Shown here one piece after another: positions 1 through 14,593 of a stretch of 64,000 bases of DNA. Source of the stretch: Eledone cirrhosa (taxonomy: Eukaryota); the NCBI GenBank assembly GCA_964016885.1, contig OZ024741.1, positions 19,344,001 to 19,408,000 on the forward strand, read 5' to 3'. Position numbers and translations under genes: made by a program. Each line of letters opens with the position of its first letter. Positions within the stretch are counted from its first letter, which is position 1. A model generated the notes under the pieces. That model was not told the origin of the DNA, did not search any database, and worked only from the letters and a program-made list of their open reading frames with translations.

Positions 1-112
1 AGAAGGGTGTAACGATAGAAGTTAAAGATCGCTCACAGTGATGTGTATATATATGTGTGCATACATATATATATATATACATAGATACATACATACATAT
101 ATACATACATGC

Positions 113-209
<97 letters not shown>

Positions 210-1026
210 AATATATATTCAAACACACACGCATACACGCGCGCAGACATACACACACGCATACACGCACGCAGACATACGCACACACATATATATATGT
301 ATACGGATACATGCATGTATAATTTTCTGCACATACAGACACAGTTCAACAGAGTATAGCCTTACATATATTGACTATAGAAATATTACTTACAACACAC
401 TTCTCTTAACATACAGATATACAGAAACAAGCGCTCGACTACATATATACTATGTGATACACATATACACACATATTGGGAAGATACACATATACACATA
501 CACATATAAGGTGAAGATACACATACACACACATATACACATACACACAAATATACACACATATATATATAGTGAAAATACACATATGCACATACACACA
601 CATATACACATACACACATATATACTGGGAAGATATATATACATATACACATACACATATATTGTGAAGATACACATATACACATACACACATATATATA
701 TTGGGAAGATACACATATACACATACACATATATATATACTGGAAAGATATATACACATACACATATATTATGAAGATACACATATACTCATATACGTAC
801 ATATATTGGGAGGATAGTCATATACTCTCTCTCTCTCTCTCACATATAGAGAGATATTTACATAAATACTCTAAATATATACACCCACCTATATTGATAG
901 TTACTTCTTTACAAATATACGTTCGTACATACATGAATATGCATCAACATACGCATATATATATATATATATACATAAACATACACACACAAACACATAC
1001 ACACACTCTCTTACACACACACACAC

Positions 1027-1120
<94 letters not shown>

Positions 1121-1660
1121 TTTTAAATATATATATATATACATCTATATATACACATACACACAACCACACACACAGAGACGCACACACACATATATAT
1201 ATACATATATATACTGCTACAAACATACGTAATTACAAACCTGCATACACATACATACATGCACAGGTGTATGTAGGTAACCTTAAACTTTGAAAGTGTA
1301 TTCTGATTAAAGTGAAGTACACAACTGTGCAATGGACAGCACATGTGATGCTAGAGGTACACTTAAGTATGACATATTGATCTGGGTTATATAAACCAGC
1401 TATTAATACATGGGAGACTGATATAATCCTGCTTCGTATACACACACAAACACACACTTACATACACACACACAGTGACATACATATGCACACAAAGACA
1501 CACACACACACACATACACACACACCTACATACACACACATATACATACACACATACACACACACCTACATACACACACAGTGACATACAAATACATACA
1601 AAGACATACATACATACCCACACAAACACCCACAGAGTGACATACATATATACATACAAA

Positions 1661-1714
<54 letters not shown>

Positions 1715-1943
1715 AGCAGGTAAATAAATCTGCATTTAAATACACATTTATATACGCAACCTAGCATATAACACAACACATGCCTACAGACACACATATA
1801 CACACAGGCAGACAGAACACACACACACACACTAACACACACACACATATATATATATGCTCTGTGGTGTATGTACATACACACACACACACACACATAT
1901 ATATATAATATAAGATCAAAAGATGGTTAAAAGAGTTGCATGT

Positions 1944-2012
1944 ATTTTATTATGCGCATTTCTAAAACAAATATCATCATGGGATGATATTTGCGTTCTC
2001 ATCAGATAAAAT
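1944..2012 (-). ncRNA. Type I hammerhead ribozyme (PLE 3' tail)
   Basis: Minus strand: attttat CTGATGA gaac-gcaaatatcatc ccat gatgatatttg-tttta GAAA tgcgca TA ataaaat. Stem I attttat/ataaaat, palindromic stem III, AUA site. Confidence 0.85.
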
Positions 2013-3003
2013 AGGGAGACATGATATGAAGCTTAAAAAACACTTTCGAGCAGTGAAGTGGTAAATCAACATATGAAGAATAAAGTAAGATGGATATATG
2101 AGATTGGGAAAAAAAAGGAGGGGGGGGGTAGGAAAAGGTAAGGAAGAGGAAGAAAATAAAATAAAGGATGACGGGGGACGAGTATAAATAGGAAGGATGA
2201 GAGAGGAGGAGAAATGAGTGATAGAGAGAGAGAAATAGCCTTTAAAACTGAGAAAACATTGTCTCACAGAGAGAAATTATAAAAACCGTTGAAAGATAAT
2301 AGATAATTTTAAAAGATTTTGAAATAAAAGTTAATGAGGTTTATGGATGGTGATGTTTATGATTAAAGAAAAAGGAATTAAGAATAGTATTTATTTAAGG
2401 TTTATATATTGAAGGGTTTAATAATATGTGCGGAAAAAAGAATTTATTGATATGTATTATTAAAATAAAAATATTAAGGATATAATGTGAATGAAGGAGA
2501 AATTAAATGAATTATGAACTTAGAGGAATTAGTTAGGGTTTAAGTTTGTTTTTATGTATTGTAATATGTAAAAGTAAATAATAGGTTTAATACGAGCGCG
2601 GGAGGAGAGAAGAAAGAAGAAAATTTAAGGAAGAAAAAAGTATATAACGTCAAAAAATATATATGTTTACAAAATTTACTAATGGTAATATTAGTATATA
2701 TTAAAAAAATATAGTTTGTATGGCCAAGAATATAAGGAAAAAGGAAAATGCTATAGTGAGTAATAATATGAATTAAGAAGTAATTGAGAAGTAAAAGTTA
2801 CAGATTAAAACTTAGAAATTAAAAAAGAAAAAAGGAAGAAAGGAAAATGGATAAAAAAGAAGAAAGATAGCGGACCGCTAACGACAGAATGAGTAAATTG
2901 TATAATATAATATACTGAAATAAGGTAGAAAGATGGGTATATTTGTAAAAGATATAAAAATGTTTGAGAAAAGAAGATTTTAAACTAATTAGGTATTGAG
3001 ATA

Positions 3004-4730
3004 TTAGCTGTATACTTTATGGAAAGGTCTATGGGATTTATGCAAGCAGAGCGAAAATAAATCCGTACGTCTATTTATTATAGAATTAAAATTAGAGATA
3101 ATGGTAAATTTCTCGGCTAGGCAGAGATTACATGTTCTGGATAGGGAAGAATTCTGGTAAGGAAAGGCGTTGCAAACCTTCCTCCAAGAGATGTTATAGT
3201 TAATATTTTTGTCTTTTAAGGACCATATGAGTTCCGAGAGTGCCGTGTTAGTTCTTTTAAGTTGGTATTTAAAAGACGAATTGTGATTATAAAATCTTGC
3301 TTTAAAGGAAGTGGAAGTGGAACCAAAATAGGAAAAAGAATTAGTACCAGTTATAACCTTACATTCAAACACTAAGTTTTTATCAAGACATTGGTTATAA
3401 GAGGACATTTAGTTCTAACAGGGCAATTACAATTACGATTAGAGAAATTACCAGAGTTATTAACAAGTGACCTAGTATTATTTGTAGAAGGAACTGGATT
3501 GGAAAAGTTATTTACGATAGGAACTATAGTTTCCTGATTTAGATTGGTGTTATGAACATTCGACGAAGTTACGTTTGACGTCGTATTTAAATTTACTGAA
3601 TCTAGCCTAGAGTTAACATTGACGTCGGGTTTACTATTGCTATTATTATGACACTCAGTGTTGGATGGATATAATTTATTATTTAATATTTTATTATTAT
3701 GTTTAGAGATAATGTTAGAGATGTTGGAAGTGGTGGAATAAGAGAATTTGATTGTATGTTTGTTAAAGATCTTACTATAGATATGCGAGAGAGGGAAGCA
3801 TTTATCTAAGGCCCTAAAAAATAGTTTAGGAATATTACTAGTAATAGATAGAGAAAAAGGAGCATTATACCAAATCATATTTTTGTATCTAGGTCTTTTA
3901 TTTAAGTTATTGGAATGTTCATAACTAACTATTTTACTATAAGTCCTTCGATGATTGGTTTCTTTACTGTATTTAATTTTATCAAGATAACCGGCTTTGG
4001 AAAGCGCATTATTATAATAATTGGCATTAGCGTCGAAGATAACTTTATTAGAGGATAGATTTGAGATTCTTTTTTCAACATTCCTGACTATAGCATTTTT
4101 AACGTTAGTGGGGTGGTTAGATTTAAAATTAACATAATTTAGATTCTCATTGTCTTTATGGTAAGGGTAATATAGGCCGGTGTCAAGATTAAGGGATATA
4201 TCCAGGAAGTTAGCTAGTTTGACGTTGTTATCAAATTCAATTTTAAGGTTATGGTGCTTAAATAGATCAAGTATATTATTCTTAATAATATTAAGGTTAA
4301 CTAAGTTACAGTTTAAAACAGTAAAAAGGGCATCGTCACGATAAATTCCACCGCGAAGTTGAGGAATTTTCCGATTTAAAGAATTCAAAATAAAGATACC
4401 AATCAAGTCCGTCAATTGCGCTGAATCCGACGAACCCATTGTGATATCAAAATTGTTGGAAGTATCAGCTCTAGTCCAATATTAGTTGTTGAATTCCAGG
4501 ATAGTTTTCCTTGCGGTGAGAATGATGTAAAGTTCATCTGTAGTAATGTCAGAATATTTAAATGCGAAAGATAGAGCGTTGTTGAGGAGTGAAGGCGAAA
4601 TAGAAGAATAGTAACTGGCAATGTCAAACTGAATACATTTTTGTTTGTTTTTATTATTCAGGTCATTGAACCAGTTAATTACATCAGATGTACCAATCCA
4701 TAAATTTAAGTTAGAAATAGAGCAATTAGA
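3004..4730 (-). pseudogene. Disrupted PLE reverse transcriptase-GIY-YIG endonuclease ORF
   Basis: Motifs QFDIASYYSSI, FDITMGSSDSAQLTDLIGIFIL, GIYRDD, NFLDISLNL, SNHP, IWYNAPFS, CNC..CP, VFECKV..SYFGST..FKARFYNH and CNLCLAEK. One in-frame TAA near 4480 and a frameshift near 3400. Confidence 0.9.
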
Positions 4731-4889
4731 ACGATGATATTTGTTTTCGAAATGCTCATAATAAAATACATGGAACTCTTTTAACCATCTTTTGATCTTA
4801 TATTATTTATACTCCAGTCCTATAAACTGTGGAGTGCTACTTATCGGATATTTGCATTGCTTTATTGTGCTACAATAAAACTCACCTCC

Positions 4890-4921
<32 letters not shown>

Positions 4922-4990
4922 CACACACATGAAATACATGTCACTCATGCCGGTAGCCTATCACACGGACATATAGGCACACACGCATAT

Positions 4991-5070
<80 letters not shown>

Positions 5071-5350
5071 CTCATACATTCTCACTCTCACACAAATTTA
5101 AACGTTACTCCATTTGTAATTTCACATCAGAATAAACTCGTGATCAAATTTCCTTCTTGCACATCTCTCTTCCCGGGGAAATTATCATTGTTAATATCCA
5201 TAGATGGAAAGAGATCTGACGGTGGGAAAATAGGTTAACACAGTTATTTGGGGTTAACATGAAATGGAGAACAATGATGCAAAGGATGGTGTTAGGGGAT
5301 AACAGTGTGTTAACATAGGTAGCAGATGGGGATAGGTTTATATAGTAGAC

Positions 5351-5537
5351 AATTGTTTCTACTTTTGGCACAAGGCCAGCAATTACCCAGTGCATTACTG
5401 GTACTTTATTTTATCGACCCCGTAAGGATGAAAGGCAAAGTTAACCTCGGCAGGATTTGAACTCAGAATGGCAAGGGCCGTAACTCTATGCGTCAAAGCA
5501 TGGCGTCCGACCCTCTACCGTTACTGCCAATTCACCA
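5351..5537 (-). mobile_element. tRNA-derived SINE (family 1)
   Basis: Minus strand has A-box-like TGGCAGTAACGG, B-box GAGTTCAAATCC, central gcctttcatccttacggggtcgataaa and a 3' end ...gtagaaacaatt. About 10 copies in the window. Confidence 0.85.
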
Positions 5538-5684
5538 GACAATAACAGCTAAGGTGGGTTGACACTAGCAATACGGGCGTGTTAGGGGAATAGAATATAG
5601 TAAGATGATATATTGAGGAGTGGGATAAGAGACAGTGTGTTTACATGAGAGGTAACATAGGGTATAATGGAGTATACTATAAGG

Positions 5685-5851
5685 CAGTGGCTCCCAAACT
5701 GGGTTCCATAAATAAGTGTCTGTGGATCTGTGAAATAAGGTAGAGGAGTATATTTATATTACGACCATATAACAGTATTAGACTTAGGGGTTCCCCCCAA
5801 TGTTTTTGCATCAAAAAGGGTTCCGCGTTTGAAAAAGATTGGGAAACCCTG
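5685..5851. mobile_element. hAT (Charlie-like) MITE
   Basis: Imperfect TIRs CAGTGGCTCCCAAACT / AGATTGGGAAACCCTG and a perfect 8-bp TSD CTATAAGG (5677-5684, 5852-5859). Confidence 0.85.
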
Positions 5852-6044
5852 CTATAAGGGATAATATAATCATAGAAGGAGGGATGGAGCAACAGATGTT
5901 TATAGAATGGGTAACATGAGATATAAGGTGTAATAGAATAGGAGGAAGACAGCTCACACCTATGCAGGTTTAACTGGCCTCCCCCAAGGTATATCTCGTT
6001 GGAGGTGTCTTGGGTAATTTAATGATAGGGACACCAGTCCTATC

Positions 6045-6192
6045 ATCTCATTTCTACAGCTGAGTAAACTGGAGCAACGGGAAATAAAGTGTCTTGCTCA
6101 AGGAAACAACACATCACCCAGTCCGAGAATTGAACTCACAACCTTTCGATTGCAAGCCCAATGCTTTAACCACTAAGCCATGCGCATTCACT
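6045..6192 (-). mobile_element. tRNA-derived SINE (family 2, CORE-like)
   Basis: Minus strand: tggcttagtggtt (A box), gagttcaattc (B box), ccttgagcaagacacttt core. Related to 33133-33250. Confidence 0.75.
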
Positions 6193-6478
6193 GTCATAGA
6201 ATAAAATATATGGAGAGTGGGATAAGTATTTAGAGTGGGAAACATGTACCATAAAGAAATATAGAATCACGTGGAGTGGGTTAACACATGTTTATAGGCT
6301 ACATGACATTAGCCACATGTAATAAAATATAATGTATAGAGGGTAGGATAATATATGTTTGCAGTGAGTAACATGAGCCCTAATAGAATATATAAAATCA
6401 TACAACGAGAGCTAGAGTGTAATACAGTGGGGCAAATACTGTTTACAAAGAGGATAACATGAACCACAAAGTGCACTG

Positions 6479-6559
<81 letters not shown>

Positions 6560-6563
6560 TGAG

Positions 6564-6606
6564 ATTCTACAGGACTAGAACTGTTTCATTCTTTAGAAAT
6601 CATCAG

Positions 6607-6610
<4 letters not shown>
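6564..6610 (-). ncRNA. Type I hammerhead ribozyme, isolated between (TA)n tracts
   Basis: attc CTGATGA tttc taaa gaat GAAA cag ttctagtc ctg TA gaat; GUA site. Confidence 0.8.
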
Positions 6611-6655
<45 letters not shown>

Positions 6656-6738
6656 AGTAAAATGACAGGAGACTGGACTGGTGAAATTCCTTCGAAGATT
6701 TATTACAAACACTATGTACATTTCAATGACAAGGATAT

Positions 6739-6832
<94 letters not shown>

Positions 6833-7119
6833 ATATATATATATATATACAGTATATATATATATGTATATATCTATATATACGGTAGGTTAGGATAACA
6901 AGGGTTTACAGAGTGGAAAACGTGAGTCATAGGGGAAAAAAGTAGCGTGTGTGTTAAAATGGGATAACAATCATTTGTAGAGTGGATAAAATGCATCATA
7001 GACAATAGTTGAAGATTAAATAAAACCGAAAGTGAAAGTAGGTGTGGAGTGTGTATATTAGAGGAGCAATCGGGTATAATAGGGGCCTGTGCAGCAGAGG
7101 TTTGGGGTAACAGTTGGAT

Positions 7120-10100
7120 ATAGAGGTTGGGAGATATGAGAGAATGTCACCTAATGTGACAGGTTAAATAATGATATCAGAGGGAGGTTGGGAGATATGA
7201 GAGAATGTCACCTAATGTGACAGGTTAAATAATGATATGAGAGGGAGGTTGGGAGATATGAGAGAATGTCACCTCGTGTGACATGTTAAATAGTGATATG
7301 AGAGGGCGGTTGGGAGATATGAGAGAATGTCACCTAATGTGACAGGTTAAATAGTGATATGAGAAGGAGGTTGGGAGATATGAGAGAATGTCACCTAATG
7401 TGACAAATTAAATAGTGATATGAGAGGGAGGTTGGGAGATATGAGAGAATGTCACCTAATGTGACAGATTAAATAGTGATATGAGAGGGAGGTTGGGAGA
7501 TATGAGAGAATGTCACCTAATGTGACAGATTAAATAGTGATATGAGAGGGAGGTTGGGAGATATGAGAGAATGTCACCTAATGTGACAGGTTAAATAGTG
7601 ATATGAGAAGGAGCTTGGGAGATATGAGAGAATGTCACCTAATGTGACAGATTAAATAGTGATATGAGAGGGAGGTTGGGAGATATGAGAGAATGTCACC
7701 TAATGTGACAGATTAAATAGTGATATGAGAAGGAGGTTGGGAGATATGAGAGAATGTCACCTAATGTGACAGATTAAATAGTGATATGAGAGGGAGGTTG
7801 GGAGATATGAGAGAATGTCACCTAATGTGACAGATTAAATAGTGATATGAGAGGGAGGTTGGGAGATATGAGAGAATGTCACCTAATGTGACAGATTAAA
7901 TAGTGATATGAGAGGGAGGTTGGGAGATATGAGAGAATGTCACCTAATGTGACAAGTTAAATAGTGATATGAGAAGGAGGTTGGGAGATATGAGAGAATG
8001 TCACCTAATGTGACAGATTAAATAGTGATATGAGAGGGAGGTTGGGAGATATGAGAGAATGTCACCTAATGTGACAGATTAAATAGTGATATAAGAAGGA
8101 GGTTGGGAGATATGAGAGAATGTCACCTAATGTGACAGATTAAATAGTGATATGAGAGGGAGGTTGGGAGATATCAGAGAATGTCACCTAATGTGACAGG
8201 TTAAATAGTGATATGAGAGGGAGGTTGGGAGATATGAGAGATTGTCACCTAATGTGACAGATTAAATAGTGATATGAGAGTGATATGTGAGAATGTCACC
8301 TAATTTGACAGGTTAAATAGTGATATGAGAAGGAGGTTGGGAGATATGAGAGAATGTCACCTAATGTGACAGATTAAATAGTGATATGAGAGGGAGGTTG
8401 GGAGATATGAGAGAATGTCACCTAATGTGACAGATTAAATAGTGATATGAGAGGGAGGTTGGGAGATATGAGAGATTGTCACCTAATGTGACAGATTAAA
8501 TAGTGATATGAGAGGGAGGTTGGGAGATATGAGAGAATGTCACCTAATGTGACAGGTTAAATAGTGATATGAGAAGGAGGTTGGGAGATATGAGAGAATG
8601 TCACCTAATGTGACAGGTTAAATAGTGATATGAGAGGGAGGTTGGGAGATATGAGAGAATGTCACCTAATGTGACAGATTAAATAGTGATATGAGAGGGA
8701 GGTTGGGAGATATGAGAGAATGTCACCTAATGTGACAGATTAAATAGTGATATGAGAGGGAGGTTGGGAGATATGAGAGAATGTCACCTAATGTGACAGG
8801 TTAAATAGTGACATGAGAGGGAGGTTGGGAGATATGAGAGAATGTCACCTAATGTGACAGATTAAATAGTGATATGAGAGGGAGGTTGGGAGATATGAGA
8901 GAATGTCACCTAATGTGACAGATTAAATAGTGATATGAGAGGGAGGTTGGGAGATATGAGAGAATGTCACCTAATGTGTCAGGTTAAATAGTGACATGAG
9001 AGGGAGGTTGGGAGATGTGAGAGAATGTCACCTAATGTGTCAGGTTAAATAATGATATGAGAGGGAAGTTGAGAGATATGAGAGAATGTCACCTAATGTT
9101 ACAGATTAAATAGTGATATGAGAGGGAGGTTGGGAGATATGAGAGAATGTCACCTGATGTGTCAGGTTAAATAGTGACATGAGAGGGAGGCTGGGAGATG
9201 TGAGAGAATGTCACCTAATGTGACAGGTTAAATAGTGATATGAGAGAGAGGTTGGGAGATATGAGAGAATGTCACCTAATGTGACAGATTAAATAGTGAT
9301 ATGAGAGGGAGGTTGGGAGATATGAGAGAATGTCACCTAATGTGACAGGTTAAATAGTGATATGAGAGGGAGGTTGGGAGATATGAGAGAATGTCACCTA
9401 ATGTGACAGATTAAATAGTGATATGAGAGGGAGGTTGGGAGATATGAGAGAATGTCACCTAACGTGACAGATTAAATAGTGATATGAGAGTGATATGAGA
9501 GAATGTCACCTAATGTGACAGGTTAAATAGTGATATGAGAAGGAGGTTGGGAGATATGAGAGAATGTCACCTAATGTGACAGATTAAATAGTGATATGAG
9601 AGGGAGGTTGGGAGATATGAGAGAATGTCACCTAATGTGACAGATTAAATAGTGATATGAGAGGGAGGTTGGGAGATATGAGAGATTGTCACCTAATGTG
9701 ACAGATTAAATAGTGATATGAGAGGGAGGTTGGGAGATATGAGAGAATGTCACCTAATGTGACAGGTTAAATAGTGATATGAGAGGGAGGTTGGGAGATA
9801 TGAGAGAATGTCACCTAATGTGACAGGTTAAATAGTGATATGAGAAGGAGGTTGGGAGATATGAGAGAATGTCACCTAATGTGACAGGTTAAATAGTGAT
9901 ATGAGAGGGAGGCTGGGAGATATGAGAGAATGTCACCTAATGTTACAGATTAAATAGTGATATGAGAGGGAGGTTGGGAGATATGAGAGAATGTCACCTA
10001 ATGTTACAGATTAAATAGTGATATGAGAGGGAGGTTGGGAGATATGAGAGAATGTCACCTAATGTGACAGGTTAAATAGTGATATGAGAGGGAGGTTGGG

Positions 10101-10520
10101 AGATATGAGAGAATGTCACCCAATGTGACAGGTTAAATAGTGATATGAGAGGGAGGCTGGGAGATGTGAGAGAATGTCACCTAATGTGTCAGGTTAAATA
10201 GTGATATGAGAGGGAGGTTGGGAGATATGAGGGAATGTCACCTAATGTGACAGGTTAAATAGTGATATGAGAGGTAGGTTGGGAGATATGAGAGAATGTC
10301 ACCTAATGTGACAGGTTAAATAGTGATATGAGAGGGAGGTTGGGAGATATGAGAGAATGTCACCTAATGTGACAGGTTAAATAGTGACATGAGAGGGAGG
10401 TTGGGAGATATGAGAGAATGTCACCCAATGTGTCAGGTTAAATAGTGATATGAGAGGGAGGTTGGGAGATATGAGAGAATGTCACCTAATGTGACAGGTT
10501 AAATAATGATATGAGAGGGA
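7120..10520. repeat. 61-bp minisatellite, about 56 copies
   Basis: Unit gagggaggttgggagatatgagagaatgtcacctaatgtgacag(a/g)ttaaatagtgatatga, highly homogeneous. Confidence 0.97.
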
Positions 10521-11667
10521 TAACAAAAGCAGTGAAGGTATCTAGATTTTGTGACATAGAAAAGACTAAAGAAACGTTATGAAAGATTGGAAGGACATTT
10601 TGAAAATAAATTGCCCCCAAACTATTTACATAGCAATGACTAAAATACTGGACTAATAGGGAATGAGTGTTGATAAAACATAGGCATACACGCATTCTGA
10701 CAAACACACACGCACACACTCACATACTCACACACACTCACATACTCACATACAGATATGCGCGCACTCACACACAGACACACACATTTACACGTACACA
10801 CATATACACACACTCACATGCTCACACACAGATATGCGCACACTCACACAGAAGCACACACACATATATATATATATATATATACATACATACATATATA
10901 TATGAAAGACGTATATCAATACATATATCAGCTGAATACAAAAAGGATATCAAGCCGATATTTTGTGATTTATTAACACACATATATACATAAAAGGAAA
11001 CACACATGCTGACACGCGTGCACATATATATACTTGCTCACATACTTACACATAAACATACACACATTTGTTCACACAGAAAAATCACACATATTTCACG
11101 CATATTTATACAGACAAGTACATACACACATGCGCACACGCATACATATATTTATATATACACATATATATTTAAACACACACACACACACACTCATATA
11201 TATATATATATATATATTTAATAGTTATAATTGTTCAGGTGAAGAGTGTGATCATGAAAAGCAAAAGCGATAAAGATAGAAAATTCTACAAACATTAACG
11301 TTATACACACACATATAGACATGCACATACACACACACATATATACACGCACATATACACACACATATACACACGCACGTATGAACACGCACACATTCAG
11401 GCAACTATATTGACACACAGACATATGTATATTGAAGCTCTCAATCACGTTTAGACAAACCAAAATGCCATATATAAGTACTTTGCTTGTTTGTTTGTGT
11501 GTGTATGTATGTGTGTGTGTGTGTATGTGTGTGTGTATGTGTATGTGTGTATGTGTGTATGCGTGTGTGCGTGTGTGTGTGAGAGTGTGTGTACGTGTGC
11601 ATATGTGTAATTAAGCAATACAACAAATGCAAACGGAGAGATTTACCAGAACAATATTCAGGAAAAA

Positions 11668-11748
<81 letters not shown>

Positions 11749-11809
11749 AAAAAATGGGGAGAAGATATTCATATATAGTAATAATAATAAATTTGATATT
11801 TATACTATA

Positions 11810-11930
<121 letters not shown>

Positions 11931-12597
11931 TGCAAATACGATTGTTTATCGAAAAAAATCCACAACTATTTTTATGGAAGAAGAGAAAAATTGCAGAAAT
12001 TGAAAAAAGAATATCAAAGATAGAGCTTGAACCCTTGTGAAAGGAAAAACAAATCGTTTCCCCAATATCGGAGGAATATTAAGAAACAACAGCAAAACAA
12101 AACAAATGAAAAACGTCATAAAAAAGGGATAAACATTATTTCTAATCCAGGAAAACGGTAACATCATCTCATTCAAAATGGTGGAAAATTCTCATTCAAA
12201 ATGGTGGAAAATAACTGTGTTTTCAAGGAGTGCAAAATTGAAATTATTTTCGTTAAAGAGGAATTAATAGTCCAATAAATAGACTCTTATATATTATTCG
12301 TATTTATTTTCAACGAGATCTCTCAATATATGAATGTAGGATCGAAATGGCGAAAATTTAAGAATGTATAGAGACGAAGGATAAGTAGTGTAAGTTCTTT
12401 AGTCCAGCACTTTAGCCGAGCATGCCAACATTAATATCTTAAAACAATATTTAAAACAACCAATCGAGAGAAAGAAGTGTAGAACAAACATCAATTATCG
12501 CGAAGGAAATAAAAATATAAATCAAGAAAAACAAAGATGTGTTTAATATAATATGTTATTAAACGAAACCACTTACATCCACATCAGATGGTTGTAT

Positions 12598-13305
<708 letters not shown>

Positions 13306-13747
13306 GTAATAATAATAAATGTGAAGACTAAAATAAGAAGAAGGTTCGATAAGGATAAAATGTATATAAATATATATATAAAAACCGTAGAGCAAATATT
13401 TATTAAAATAACAGATTAAAGTTTAAGCAAAGAATCGCTGCTTTCACCCTTAACAGGATCTTCTGAAACTAAAACAAAAACAATCTGTGGACGCAGAAGT
13501 AAATATTTCGAAAAACGTTGCAACCGAAGGAAAATAGGAAGACGATACAAGGATAATAAAGGAAGGATAAATGTGGAGCGATGAGAACAATTTCACGCAG
13601 AGATAAAACAAACAAATCACGTTTATGGTATAAATGGAGTCATTAGACCAATATTCTATTTAGGAAACCGAATGATTCTCAGGTCCGGAGTTTAGAATAA
13701 TGTAAATAAATTTGTTGAATGAAAATGACAGAGGTTATTAAAATCGT

Positions 13748-14354
13748 GGGCGCCAGCGATTCGGCGGAGGTTACAGGTCTTATCGGCCTATTCCTACTTT
13801 TTTCTATCAAGGAAGATTTCCCTAATGTAGGCGATGGCCTGTACCGCGATGACGGTCTTTCGACCATGATCAAGTGCGGTCCCCGCGCTTGCGACAGGTT
13901 TAGGAAAGAACTCACAGCTTTCTTTAAAGGTTTCAACCTCTCCATACAAATTGAGGCCAACCTTTCTGTTGTAAACTACAAATGTAAGGTCGACACACCC
14001 ACGTCTAGTAGGTCCTACATTGGGATAACCGCCAATAGAGTCAAGCAGCGTCTTTACATGCACACCCATTCTTTTCTTAACCCTTTAAGAAGGAACATGA
14101 CGTCACTTTCGGCTAATATCTGGAGTCTAAAAGACAACCACGCCCAATATAGGTTACACTGGGAGATCCTAGCTAAAACTAGATCGTATAACGGAAACAA
14201 AAGACCATGCGATCTTTGTGCCGCTGAAGCCCTGAAAATACTCTACGCCAATGATCTAATCTTAAACAAAAAATCTGAGGAAATTTCGGCTTGTAAACAC
14301 AAATTGCATAAAACTTTCCTGTATTACAGCCCCACATTATACCCTAACGGATAG
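13748..14354 (+). pseudogene. PLE RT core fragment fused in frame to GIY-YIG endonuclease
   Basis: GASDSAEVTGLIGLFLL..GLYRDDGL..VVNY joined directly to KCKV..SYIGIT..KQRLYMH..CDLCAAE..SACKHK. The thumb/linker present in the 3004-4730 relative is missing. Confidence 0.85.
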
Positions 14355-14517
14355 TACGGACAATACGCGGATAATATACGTCATGATGTGGTAGCTAAGT
14401 ATATTTTATGTTTATATCATTACTTATTTGTATAGGTAAGTATACCTTATCCGTATGTTCGTGCAGTTACGTGTATGTGTGTATATGTATATGTGTATAT
14501 ATCGGTTTGTGTATATA

Positions 14518-14588
<71 letters not shown>

Positions 14589-14593
<5 letters not shown>

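Larger units (their letters stand above)
1906..4806 (-). mobile_element. 5'-truncated Penelope-like retroelement (YRDD RT + C-terminal GIY-YIG, probably Hydra-type) with inverted tail copy at its 5' end
   Basis: Minus-strand RT/EN frames 3004-4730, AT-rich 3' UTR and an HHR at the 3' end. 1906-1980 is repeated in inverted form at about 4733-4806 (gatgatatttgttt..gaaatgc.cataataaaatacatg.aactcttttaaccatcttttgatctta). Both ends abut (TA)/(CA) tracts. Confidence 0.9.

Noticed and set aside
7120-10520. CRISPR-like array (palindromic repeat)
   Set aside because: No unique spacers, no cas genes, eukaryotic context.
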